A DNA stretch of 49,797 nt from Tubiluchus corallicola (taxonomy: Eukaryota > Animalia > Priapulida), in the NCBI GenBank assembly GCA_030141605.1, contig JAQGDQ010001281.1:1-49797 (forward strand), read 5' to 3'. Under the pieces are notes generated by a model that saw nothing but the letters and a program-made list of their open reading frames with translations, was not told the origin of the DNA and did no database searches. A program made the translations under genes and the position numbers. Shown here piece by piece: positions 22,401 to 32,959 of the stretch. Numbering within the stretch: the stretch's first letter is position 1; every line of letters starts with the position of its first letter.

Positions 22401-25400
22401 AAAACCTGATGCGCCTACGAAAAGTCATGATGCACCTACCAAAAGTCATGATGCGCCTACGAAAAGTCATGATGCGCCTACGAAAAACCTGATGCGCCTA
22501 CGAAAAGTCATGATGCGCCTACGAAAAGTCCTGATGCGCCTACCAAAAGTCATGATGCGCCTACGAAAAGTCATGATGCGCCTACGAAAAGTCATGATGT
22601 GCATTTAATAATTTTTTCAGTACATCTTTCTAAACGTGTCCGTGTACGAAGGAGTATTTTCATGCGGTGAATTGTATAAAGGAGTTTGGATGGTCAGCTT
22701 GAGACAGGTATGTACAATCTTCATTTGAAGATTACTGATTACAATAATTTTTGTGCATAGTACATGACATTGGTACTTACTGTCATAAACTAATTACTTG
22801 ATTAATATTAATGGGCAAATTAATTAATACTAGAAGTTGTTCAACAAGTAATCTGAGTAACTGGCTGTGTGATCATCAGATTTTTGTAGGTAATTATCGC
22901 TAAAAATACGTCAAAAGAAACCGGGGCCCGGTTCCGCAAAGCTGTTACGAACTTACGATGTCGTTTTTAATAATTAAATGAATGTAACGATGCCGTCGTT
23001 AGCTTAGTGACAGCTTAATGAAACTGGGCCCAGATATTAAATTTATTATTAATAATTTAAATTTATTTCATACATTTAAAAGTATGTAGCATTATATAAA
23101 AATGCTACGCAACGTAAAAATAACAATGTGTGTGTAGCATTTAATTGTGGCTTGCATAGCAAAATCGTCCACAAGTCGGCAATTAAGCTTGTCTAATTAT
23201 TCTCACATCCCAAATCTCCATTTCACGAGGATTATTTTGATACCAAGTTCATCACTCTATGTTATTTCTAAACTGAGATAATCCACATTGAAGTTGAGGT
23301 GCAGGCTGCACACTAAAAAACATAATCTTGAGAAAATCGCTGTTAAAGTCAGCCATTGTTTTTTGTCGCATTTCTACAAAACACTTTGCAACTGCACAAA
23401 TGTTGGTTGCTACGGGCTTTGCAAGAACACATTGAAGTTCCATTTAAATCCAGTAGATGGCTCTTCCTGAGGAAATCTGGGCTTGGCAACAGAAAAAAAC
23501 CGAAGTAAAATGACAGCTTCTACGAGCTACTATCGCAATTCGAAAATGCAATTTTTTTACAATTGGATTTTTAGTATTTTTGAACAGTTTCTTGATTCTT
23601 TGATGCTAGAATATAAAAGGCCAATATATTTAGCATTTTTTTTCGTAAAAAAAAACAAAAAAATCGACATTTAACCAAATTTTTGCTGCTTTGTACTTTG
23701 AAGCATCGTAACGCAGTTTCAACTATGCTGACATATGGATGGTTTTGGTTTGCAAGCACACACATATGTATAACTTTAATAACATTTAAACACACTTTGA
23801 AGCTGTTTAGAATTTTCTAGAATGCATACTGCCGATATTGTCATGCGTGCTCCAGTCTAGGCTCCAGTCATAGGAAACCGATAAATTAATCTTGTAGAAT
23901 CCGTAGCAGAATAAACGCACGTTTAAACTCACGAACCACTTTTCAAATTTGCACATTTATGCTTTTTCTGTATTTCAGAAGTCGGTGAGAAACCCGTTTG
24001 TATATGAGCGTACAATTCATATACGAGACGCTGACATGATGTCAAGAAAGTTTGATTTAAGAAGTAAGTGGGTGAATACTTTTGCACCTCGCTTAACAAC
24101 GTTAGTGCATTGTATATAAACACGTCGTTAAAGGAAAACTGGACGATTGTTTAGACTCAATCTCATTTTAATTTACTGTCCAAAATATAAAATATTCTTG
24201 CCTATAAAAGTTAGTAATTGTTTCTTATATTTTAATTGCTTACGTCAGAAACAGTTTGTGCAATGGCAGGCATCTTCCCTTGCTCGTCAAGCACATTTGC
24301 GTAAGTGTTACTGTTTAAATGTGTGATGTCACGAAAATTGGCTCTATGTCATATGGCGTCAGAAACTAACACAGCAGTTCATGATCATGCTTATCACGGT
24401 ACCACCTTCTATTTGTCGGCCACCTGCATGTGACAAAAAAGCTCCGTTGCCAATCTTAGTAGATTCACTGAGCCGCGCGTAGCTTTGAAAGTTTAAAGAA
24501 ATTTGAGTATCCGAGGTAATTATTATTTAATCTAAGCTTTGATCTAAAAAGAGCTATTGTAGTTTTCAATATTTTAGAGCATTGTTTATTCTGAACTCGT
24601 GTTTACACAATCATCCGGTTTTCTTTTAAGGGAAACAGTTATATGAAAAAATGCCTTTCATATAAACCTTGTAAAAGCATTCAGTTGTGACTCCCACGCG
24701 AAGATCAATAATGCCTGGTACCAGTGGTGGCTAGTAATTAAAATTACTGGGGGTGCTGCTTCAGAAGATTCTTAGCCATTGTTTTAATACTGTGTATAAC
24801 GAAACAAATATGTTTAATTTTAATGTTGTAAATTTGTAATTATTAATTTAAATAAACAAGCATAGTTTATACATAAACTTGATAAAATCCTAAACCAAAA
24901 TGTTTTGTGCTTACGGAGAGCCTAAACTGCCGCAATTCAAGAATATGCCAGTACACGGTTTTGTGCACCGCTACTGTGTGTGAGCAACTGACAGTACACA
25001 CTGCGTGAGAGACAGTACTTTCTCTGCCTAACAGCAGATGCTAGCAGTGCAGCGTACTGCGTGTCATCTCAGACAAATGCGCACAACAGCCAAACACACC
25101 ACTGTGCTGGGCTGTGAAGCAAACAGTACTACCCTCACGTGCTCTGCACCGTACAAATATGAAGAAAGAACTAACGAAAAAAGACTTATTATATTGAGCA
25201 TTATCAATAATATCGAGTTAAAATAGGGGGTGCTGCAGTTCCACGGTACCTATACACGAGCCTCCATTGCCTGGCTATGCACAAGTGATCACTGAGTTGC
25301 CCTGCAAGGCAAAAATTAATAATACTTGGCTCATTATTACTAATAAAATGAGTGCAGCAAACAAACTTTCAGAGCTTACGCATAAAAACGAAACAAGCGT

Positions 25401-28400
25401 CGTTAGTGACTAAAACGTTTCAAAAATGTAGCGCAGTTAAACCGAAATGTCATTTGAAGGACAAGAAAAGCGGCGCCTGAAGTAGGTTTCCGAAAAATCT
25501 TCTTAAATATTATATTACTTTACAGCAATTTTATGAATATATCGTATTCGCATTGAAAAGAATTTTCGTTTGTTTTCATTTTAAATCTTCGGCAATGCTG
25601 TTCCGACGGCGCCATTACATGACGTTACTACGCCACATAAATCAAGGGAAGAAAAGTCAATGTTAAATTATGCCCCGAAAACTTTGCATGCAAATTTATA
25701 TTACTTAGCATTTTGTTTACCTGCTGAAAAGAATGGAAATAATAATTTAAAATCATTGGTGAAATGCTGCTGGCTCGTCTTCCATGGTGCACCACTCACT
25801 AACCAAAAAACCAAAAATTTTACTCAGTTAGTGACGTGTGCGCTATGAACGCTCTCATTATTTTTCCGAACTTTACTCAATGTTATCTAAACTTGTTTCA
25901 AACGACCAACATGGCTGTGCCTAATGGTCATTGCAGGTGTTTAAATTTCGAAGTTTTATACAGCGTTACTGCCGGCGCAAACCCTGCATACAAAAAGGCA
26001 GTAGGTAAGTGTTATAAAATTTCGAGACGAATTTTTTAAGCTTTATGTAAGTGGAGGGTTTTCTTGTGCTTTTAAACGAGGCATCATTAAACTAGAACTT
26101 ACTGTACCTCAGAAAAGAAGTTATTGATTTATTAGTTGCAATAAATTTTTGTCACTCTTTTCAAATATAATCAAACCTCATTATAACGCCTCCCCTTTAT
26201 AATGCCAACCTCACTTAATGCCTACAGGACCGCATCATTCAAAATAGGTCTTATAAGACTAATGACTTTTCCGATACTGCATGAGCACAGACATGACTAA
26301 ATGATTACAAATTATGTACTGTTCTATTCGGGAGAATCTCGGCTATCCAATCATGATGTTCCTTTGAACATTTATACGTGATTTAATCAGATAAAATTAA
26401 GACACGCCCTTTTCAGACACTCCAACTTAGTCAGGTGAGTAGCTTAGTCTGCTGTACACTTGCATGATCGTACACACTAATTTATTAATTGCGTGCTTGG
26501 TAGAGCTCAAACTGTGCAGTGTTGTGCTGCTATTCCAGGAAAAACCAACTCATCAGCCAAGGAGAAATTAAGGTGGTTTCATCTTTCACAGGAATTTCTC
26601 CTTCAAAACAAAGTAGACTTGGGGCTAAAGTGTGTCAGAGTGTTGTGTTTGGATAATTGAAATTTTCTGCATTAGCCGATTTCACACAAGTGATACTGTA
26701 CATTGTTACAGAGCAAACACTGCAGTTACTAAAAGCTTTTCAATTTATTCGTGAAAAATCGATTTTTAATTTATCTAACGTAAGCAGATGCATTTCAAAT
26801 ATAATTTTACGTGAAAATCGTTGTATGGGGAATAGAAACCCACTAAAATATCGAATATAATGTAATTGTTGCTTAGTAAGAGCAGTTTTTCATGAATTTA
26901 TGCAAAATGTAGCAAACTCATGCATTCCTGAAGGAGTCAAAGCTAAAATATTTGGCAAAACATAGTATCTATATTTGCAATAAACATGTTTTTCTTAACG
27001 CCAACTTTTTCCGAGTCCAAAAATAGTCAGAATAAAGAGGTTTGATTTTGTCGAAGTGTGCGATGTGATGCAAAGTTCATCATTCTATATTCTGCACCTA
27101 TAATGATAATTTGTTTATGAAAACCAATGTGAAAATTGGTTCTTGAAATGTGATAACCAAAGCAGTTATGCTAAGTGTGAGCACGTCTTTAGGTTGTACT
27201 GAAGTATATCGCTAAGCAACGGCCGACCAGCTATGTGGCACCTGGCATTTGTTAGTGTACGTAGTTTGTGCTAGAGAGAAAAGAATTATGTAATAAATGT
27301 GAAAAAGGAAAAGTAAGGTAGGTCAGTAAGAACAGGATAGCGCTAAAAAACAGTTTAGAGAAAGGTCATGGGAGTAGGTTTACATATTATAGTTTTAGTT
27401 TTTTGAGAGGTGATTATATTCTCATTTTTGTAGGAGTGTAATTAGTAATCATAAATTAGTTTGTGTTAATGGAGAGAAATTTTGTATGCGTATAGTTATA
27501 ATATTTTTCAAGGAATATGTTATGAAGGGAGTAAAGAAAAACAAAAAGACAAATACAATTACAGGTTTTTTGAGTCATCAGGAGGAACTTGAGAGTCGAG
27601 TTTCGGCTGCTATTCCTGCAAAGTTCATCATTCTATATTTTGCACCTATAATGATAATTTCGTTTAAGTCACAGTTCAGGGATAAGACCTTAAGTAACTA
27701 AACACTTATTTCCAAGGTGGTCCCAATTATTATTACTTGCATGTTACTTTGATAAGCCCCGCGTGCTTGGTCGAAGAACGAGTGTTACCATTTTTTAAGT
27801 CTTTGGTATGACTCATTCGGGAGTTGAACTCGCACCTCCCGGGCGGGAAGCGAGCATGCTACCATTGAGCTACAGCTACTTCTGCTTTCTATACACGTGC
27901 TGTACTTCTTTCAGGTATCCTAGGATCATTTCACGTCGACGACGTCCTTTTTGTGGGTAGAGAGGATCCGCACCGCAACCTGAACGAGTTGGAAAATTCC
28001 GAACACCTCGGCGTCGTTAATCCCCTGAAGAACAAAAATGTCGCGACGACAAAACCGGTTAGCAAAATTGCCAGTCGTGGTGAAAGAGACGATGATGATT
28101 CATGGCAACTGGGCAGCAATGGAGGCAGGCGTGCATCGAAAGAGGGAACAGAACGTTTGAAAACAACAAAACACGTCAACGACAATATCTGGGACGGTGG
28201 TTTCCTGGACGGTAAAGTTCATTTGTCGGAGTATGACTGCGGGAGTATCCTGGAACAGGAAAGTTGGTACGTGAAACTACTAGCGAATTATCAGTATATA
28301 TCACAAATTTGCTGTGTATATTTTGTGATACGTAATTTGCACGGCGGTTTGAAGAAACCAAAAATTAAGTTTTTATTCTAAAATACCTACATAAACAGTG

Positions 28401-31285
28401 AAGTAGTGTCAAGTTGAAAATCAGAAACCCAAGTGACCAGAACTACAAGTGAAATCATTTAGGTGTGAAAACAGGTTTAGAGATTATGCATTCATAAAGA
28501 CTGTAGAAGCCAATGAAAATTTAAACAGGAAAGAGAAAGTTCAACAATTTTAACAAGAGCACCTGAAGGTGGCAGCACTATCCAAAGCTAAAAAAGTATG
28601 ATGACATTGGGATAAATATACAACATAAATTTAGATTTAGAATAATTAAAAATGATTTTCTTTTGTCGACACAGTCTTATAAAAATATGCAATTAAATAT
28701 CCTACAAATGAAATGGATATCTGTAAATTGAACATGTTGCTTTTTTGATTTTTTTATTGGAGTTAGTGAGACTATTTTATGTGCTGCTTGCAAGCCGAAA
28801 CCGTCCATAAATCGTCATAGTTAAAACTACATTATGATGCTTCACAGTAGAATAACCCAAAAATTTGGTCAAATGTTGAATATGTTCGACTTTTATATTC
28901 TAGCATCAAATTATCAAGAAAATGTTCGAAAAATACTAAAAATTTAATTTCATAATTCCCTATCCGCTTTTCTGTCTAGAAAGTAGTACTACAATCGTTA
29001 ACAACTCGTTTTTTAAACTCCAATAGTAGCACCTGCAAGCGGTCATTTTACTTCGGGTTTTTCTGTTGCCAAGCCCAGATTTTCGTCAGGAAGAGCCATC
29101 TACTGGATTTAAATGTATCTTTAAGGTGTTCTTTACATTTGTGCAGTTGCGAAGTGTTTTGTAGAAATGTGACAAAAACAATGGCTGACTTTAACAGTGA
29201 TTTTCTCAAGATTATGTTTTTCAGTGTGCAGCCTGCCTGCATCTCAACTTCAATGTGGATTATCTCAGCTTAGAAATAACATAGAGTGATGATATTGGTA
29301 CCAAAATGATCCTCAGTAAATGGAGATTCAGGATTTGTGAATAACTAGAAAAGTTTAATTGCCGACTTATGGACGATTTTGCTATGCAGGCGCGCGCATG
29401 TAATGTATGCGTTTACTTAAAGAATTTATTTTATAGTTACAAAGACGTAGTTCTACACAGTGGAAAAATTCTGGTGCTATCCTGTCTCGTATCTTTCATT
29501 ATTTATTTATGGTAAGTTGTTACTGTCTTTTTTGAGTGGTTCTGAGGACTAATAGATTATAAGTACATATTGAACGTGCGCTTTAATTGAGGACGGCTGA
29601 ATAGGTGAATGGTCTCACGTACATGACTGAAGTTAAGCCATGCTGAGGCTAGCCAGTGAATGGATGGGTGACTGTCTTCAACATGTGCTCATTCGGTTTC
29701 ATTTGCCATGCCGATTCTGGCAGTTTACCTCGTGGAACGAAGAACATGGTTGAGACGCGTGCACGCACACAGAATTTCGTGATGGCAGTTGCTACTATGC
29801 CTTAACTTCTCCAGGACCGTGTGCTTCCATTTTGCATGGGTTTTATTAAGCAGCGATTATGTTATATTTAATAATTTTTGTAGGATTCTTCTCCTCACAC
29901 AATGGACTTTTGTGCAAAATTATATGCGAAATGCATCTGCCTACCTTAGACAAATTAAAAATTTTATTTTTGACGGAAAAATTGAAAAAAGCTTTCAGTA
30001 ACTGCAGTGTTTGCACTGTAACAATGTACAGTATCGGTTGTGTGAAATCAGCTAATGCAGAAAATTTCGACTATCCAGACACAACACACTGATACACTTT
30101 CGCTCCAGACACAACACACTGACACACTTTAGACTCAAGTCTACTCTATTTTCAAGGAGAAATTCCTGTTTAAAGATGAAACGACCTTAATTTGTCCTTG
30201 GCTGATTGATTGTTTTTTTCCTGGAATAGCTGCACAACACTACACAGTTTGGGCTGTAGCAAACAGGCGATCAATAAATTAGTGTGTACGATCACACAAG
30301 TGTACACCAGACTAAGCTACTCGATAGGCTAAGTTGGAGTGTCTGAAAAGGGCGTGTTTTTCTTAATTGTATCCAATTAAATCACTTATAAATGTTTAAT
30401 TTTATAGCATGATTGGATAGACGATATTCTCCTGAATAGAACAGTGCCTAATTTGCAATCGTTTAGTTGTGTCTGTACTCGTACACTAGCAGAAAGGTCA
30501 TAAGGTCTTATTATAAGAGCTATTTTGAATGGTGCGGTCCTGAAAGAGTTAATAGTTTCACCACTTCTGCGTGAAGTAGTACTACGTTAAATTAATGCAA
30601 TAAAAACTGCATTATTATTTTGCAATACTGTGACTACAGTGTATTCGTGATAATATGTTTTGAAGTGATTACACTGATCTCGGTTTGCCGGACCTCGCTT
30701 TTACTGATATCAGAAAATTCGGACAAAATCTGGTCCGTTCAAAGTCCCACATAGTACGGGCACAGCTATTTTGCAAGTTGACCGCTAGTTGACGGGCCAT
30801 CACTTTGTTTACATCATGTACATCAGTGTAACCACGTGTTTATCTCTATGTATGAAAATATAGAATCAATTATGCGAAGTTATTTGAGTCAATTGCAGAC
30901 AGTTTTTATATACTTTTGCATAGGAGCGGCCCATACTAGTCGTTTCTAAGACAATTAGGCAACTGATTCTACATTACCGTGAGTCTAATACACGGTGTTT
31001 ACTGTATTAGCTTAGTATCAGAAAATACAGACAATTGTCAAATTCAGACCGACGTCTCCACGGTTTTGTCCGGCAAACCGGTATTTGTGCGTATTTTCAA
31101 ACTTGAAACCGTTTTATTTATTTATCTTTCATAGGTGCCATTTTGTAAGAAGCAAAAAGTTTGACACCTCCGAGAAGAAACTGATGTTGTACATACTTGC
31201 TGGTGCTGTTCTTCTAGAGGCTCCCATATTTGTCCATCACTGCACTGATTTAATTCATACGAACTTTCTTTCATTGCAACGATGA
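8867..31285 (+). CDS. Uncharacterised multi-exon protein (~450 aa, 5' end unresolved), probable C-terminal membrane anchor. Exons 8867-8913, 14486-14574, 17097-17200, 20211-20377, 22621-22707, 23979-24063, 25709-25835, 25937-26004, 27915-28266, 29437-29511, 31135-31285
   Basis: All introns are GT..AG, mostly with pyrimidine-rich acceptors and donors such as GTAAGT/GTAAGC/GTATGT. Phases chain 1-0-2-1-0-0-1-2-1-2-2 with no stop until TGA at 31283-31285. Translation begins LTKLDEYKIWIEFTASQAPDFQCFASGHLRVVHL and ends ...KILVLSCLVSFIIYLWCHF...LMLYILAGAVLLEAPIFVHH...LQR. The weakest junction is the GTGTGC donor at 25836; an alternative is two genes, the second starting at ATG 25911. Confidence 0.7.
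9208..9635 (+). repeat. 107-bp tandem repeat, 4 copies
   Basis: TTACTTCATACAGATACCATCACATC recurs every 107 bp. Confidence 0.95.
10216..10503. repeat. (CT)n microsatellite
   Basis: Directly visible, interrupted. Confidence 0.98.
10667..11177 (+). repeat. 73-bp tandem repeat, 7 copies
   Basis: ACTTTATCAAAGATGTTCTGTTGTTAAAC recurs every 73 bp. Confidence 0.95.
11900..12552 (+). mobile_element. ~620-bp MITE (family B)
   Basis: TIR-like GCTT(G/C)CAAA(C/G)CAAAATCGTCCATAAGTCGGC; shares internal sequence with 23148..23760 (inverted) and 28783..29392. Confidence 0.85.
12796..12860. mobile_element. 65-bp hAT-like mini element
   Basis: Perfect 12-bp TIR CAGTGTTCCCTC / GAGGGAACACTG; no TSD retained. 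Confidence 0.55.
13010..13346. mobile_element. Degenerate MITE with long imperfect TIRs
   Basis: AAAAATTATGCACTTTTTGAGAAAA (~13038) is inverted relative to TTTTCTCAAAAAGTGCACAATTTTT (~13304). Confidence 0.6.
13480..14195 (+). repeat. Interstitial telomere-like degenerate hexamer array (TTAGGG variants) with 42- and ~54-bp higher-order units
   Basis: GGTTAG/GGTTAA/GATTAG/GGTGAG hexamers; flanked by inverted CAATTCCCCAC (13443) / GTGGGGAATTG (ends 14224). Confidence 0.9.
16320..16480 (+). repeat. 36-bp tandem repeat, ~4 copies
   Basis: ACCTAGACTCGTACTGTGAGCAAATTA recurs every 36 bp. Confidence 0.9.
16625..16957. repeat. Hexamer microsatellite (ATGTCT/ATGCCT/ATGTCC)
   Basis: Directly visible, punctuated three times by ATTGCAACTT. 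Confidence 0.95.
17316..17910 (+). repeat. ~165-bp tandem repeat, ~3.5 copies
   Basis: CCTTCTCTTTT...CATTGTTGCAGTTGG recurs at ~17316, 17481, 17649, 17811. Confidence 0.92.
18160..18276 (-). mobile_element. Terminal fragment of a pogo/Tigger-like element
   Basis: Minus strand TA|CAGTAAGACCTCGCTTAACGACTCCCCGTTTAGCG with subterminal CGTT(G)TTAA repeats; left boundary approximate. Confidence 0.6.
18268..19348 (+). repeat. 52-bp minisatellite (~16+ copies, then 36-bp truncated units)
   Basis: Unit TCTTACTGTATTCACTTTACACTTGTCTTACACGTGTCTTACACTTTGCATG. Confidence 0.97.
19808..20062 (+). mobile_element. Dispersed repeat family C (AGGTCAAAGGTTAAG-type inverted repeats)
   Basis: Core GAACAAGAAAAAATGAACTAGGTAAGGTTCTAGCT shared with ~40127..40430 and ~42985..43255. 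Confidence 0.75.
20322..20621 (+). repeat. 149-bp tandem duplication spanning an exon 3' half and its donor site
   Basis: TGAAGTGTAGTCAGCTAATTAAACACC at 20322 and 20471; near-identical copies. Confidence 0.95.
20860..22600 (+). repeat. 21-bp minisatellite, ~80 copies (intronic)
   Basis: Unit GATGCGCCTACGAAAAGTC(G/A/C)T. Confidence 0.98.
22924..23031. mobile_element. Short PIF/Harbinger-like hairpin MITE
   Basis: GGGCCCGGTTCCGCAAAGCTGT ... ACAGCTTAATGAAACTGGGCCC imperfect inverted repeat. Confidence 0.65.
23148..23760 (-). mobile_element. MITE family B, inverted copy
   Basis: Reverse-complement similarity to 11900..12552. Confidence 0.85.
24132..24625 (-). mobile_element. Kolobok-like MITE, inverted copy
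   Basis: TTAA flanks; reverse-complement similarity to 3734..4266. Confidence 0.8.
24722..25269 (+). mobile_element. hAT-like MITE (family D)
   Basis: CAGTGG...CCATTG ends, degenerate 8-bp TSD CCTGGTAC/CCTGGCTA; diverged inverted copy at ~45640..46131. Confidence 0.7.
26215..26940 (-). mobile_element. piggyBac-like MITE (family E), decayed
   Basis: Reverse-complement similarity to 29806..30548 (e.g. CACGCCCTTTTCAGACACTCCAACTTAG). Confidence 0.75.
27700..27877 (-). mobile_element. tRNA-derived SINE
   Basis: Minus strand A box TAGCTCAATGG and B box GAGTTCAACTCC, followed by GTCATACCAAAGACTTAAAAAATGGTA, which I recall as a conserved central domain of invertebrate SINEs (Meta/MESC-like). Confidence 0.75.
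28783..29392 (+). mobile_element. MITE family B, third copy
   Basis: Same TIR and internal sequence as 11900..12552. Confidence 0.85.
29590..29750 (+). mobile_element. 5S rRNA-related sequence (SINE3-like or 5S pseudogene fragment)
   Basis: GAAGTTAAGC...AGTGAATGGATGGGTGAC matches the 5S internal control region box A and box C spacing; the flanks do not resemble 5S. Confidence 0.55.
29806..30548 (+). mobile_element. piggyBac-like MITE (family E)
   Basis: TTAA|CTTCTCCAGGACCG ... CGGTCCTGAAAGAG|TTAA. Confidence 0.8.
30672..31089. mobile_element. pogo/Tigger-like MITE
   Basis: TA|CACTGATCTCGGTTTGCCGGAC ... GTCCGGCAAACCGGTATTTGTG inverted termini. Confidence 0.6.
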
Positions 31286-31568
31286 CATTAACTGTTCTGC
31301 TTTGTGTGTTAATACTGTGATTAACTTGTATGAAATGGAAGCCTAGTATAACTCACTCACTAGTATAATGAAAATAATTTACATTTAGACATTCACTTTA
31401 TGTATCTTGCATTAAATAATCATTTTCTTTAAATGAAAACAATGAAATGAAAACTTCATCTAACCTTTTAGCAGCTTGTCATTAATTAAATTAGGCTATG
31501 TCTCTGTTGATCCGTTATGTAACTTACCGACAGAGAAATCATAACTACATCCGATATACTTATTTTAA

Positions 31569-31973
31569 CCCTTTCATACCCGTTGTATCTTGTGGGATAC
31601 GAGAATATTTTCTGCCTTTAAAATTAATAAAATTTTAAAACTGACAGTTATTTGATCTGTTAATAGTTATTTTTATTTAAGCCAATAACAATAGACTAAA
31701 AATGGTGATAAAATGGCAAACTAGAAAATCTACATAGCACTAGGTACAGTACTTTAGAGACGACTTTGTACAGATCAGCATAGCGTGCATACTAAATGTG
31801 TTAAATACTTTAAAAAATTATCAGCAGTTGCAAAATGAAGCACATTTTACGCTTCCATTGAATCCCAATGTATCCCGTGGGATACGGACTATATTTAGCA
31901 CGCGGGCACAGGTAGAAAAAATAATTATTATGTGTAAACAAGATATTAAAAATATAATTTAGGACTGAAAGGG
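31569..31973 (+). mobile_element. piggyBac-like MITE (family A)
   Basis: TTAA TSD, CCCTTT TIR, high similarity to 1021..1435. Confidence 0.9.
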
Positions 31974-32500
31974 TTAAACAACTTCTTTTTTTGGAACAAA
32001 AACTACTCCTACCAAGTTTAGATTATCCAACTCACTGTTTTTCGGAAACATGAAAATGAAAAAGTGAAGACAACGTCTAACATAAAATAAACAGAAAAAA
32101 GTGAAATTTACATTTAGACATTTACTTTATGTGGTTTGCATTTGATGCTTTTCTTAAAACAAAGACAACGAAACAAAAACTACATCTAACTTTTTAGCAG
32201 CCTCCTGTCCATTAAATTAAGTTAAGAAAATCAAAACTGCATATAATATATTTGCAACATGCATTTAGTCCTTTCTATAAAACAAAGGCAAAAAACAAAA
32301 ATGCGTCTAGCGAATTTACATAGCTACCAAATACAGCTTGTTGTTAGTTCTTTTCCTGTTTCCATGAAATGATTGATGATGATCGTCGTACTAATAGTTA
32401 CGTCTGACTTTTCTAATACACTAGCTAGATATCCACATGATGTAGATATTTGCAAACAGCAACTTGTTACAAAGATTTTACATTATATGGAATGTGTGAC

Positions 32501-32594
32501 CAGGGCCTATTTCAAGGGGGGGGGAAGTGGGGATACTTCCCCGGGGCCTCACCGTCCAGGGGGTAACATTTTTTTGCTTTATGCGAACATACTG

Positions 32595-32677
<83 letters not shown>

Positions 32678-32908
32678 CCTTGCCGCATGCGTGCTGTTTG
32701 CCAGTATTGACAAGTATTAAGGACTGGTCTTCAGAATAAAGCAGTTTTTCTTTCAATTGTTCTTTCGTTTAACAACTGTATAACTCCATATTTTCTCTTC
32801 GAAAATGCTTCTCCAACGTTCTAGCAGTTCAAAAATTTTCTGGGTGCCAAACATGGTAGTGCCCGCCCCCCGGCGCTTCGCCCCCCCCCCCCCTGATGGG
32901 GCCTCATA
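32501..32908 (+). mobile_element. 3'-truncated hAT-like MITE with internal (CT)n (family F)
   Basis: CAGGGCCTATTTCAAGGGGG start; colinear with 44762..45625. Confidence 0.8.
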
Positions 32909-32959
32909 ACTGCTTGCATGCACTATTGAAAGAAGTGATGTTGGAGCAGAAAGTCTTAA

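Noticed and set aside
20846-22409. 513/516-aa Arg-rich ORFs on both strands
   Set aside because: Products of a 21-bp VNTR lying in an intron; no non-repetitive coding context.
22890-22970. Alternative terminal exon after 22707 (VIIAKNTSKETG...)
   Set aside because: Runs into a MITE, and exon 23979 continues the frame with better splice signals; not excluded as a minor isoform.
27800-27877. tRNA gene
   Set aside because: A and B boxes are present but there is no acceptor stem or clean cloverleaf, and a SINE body follows.
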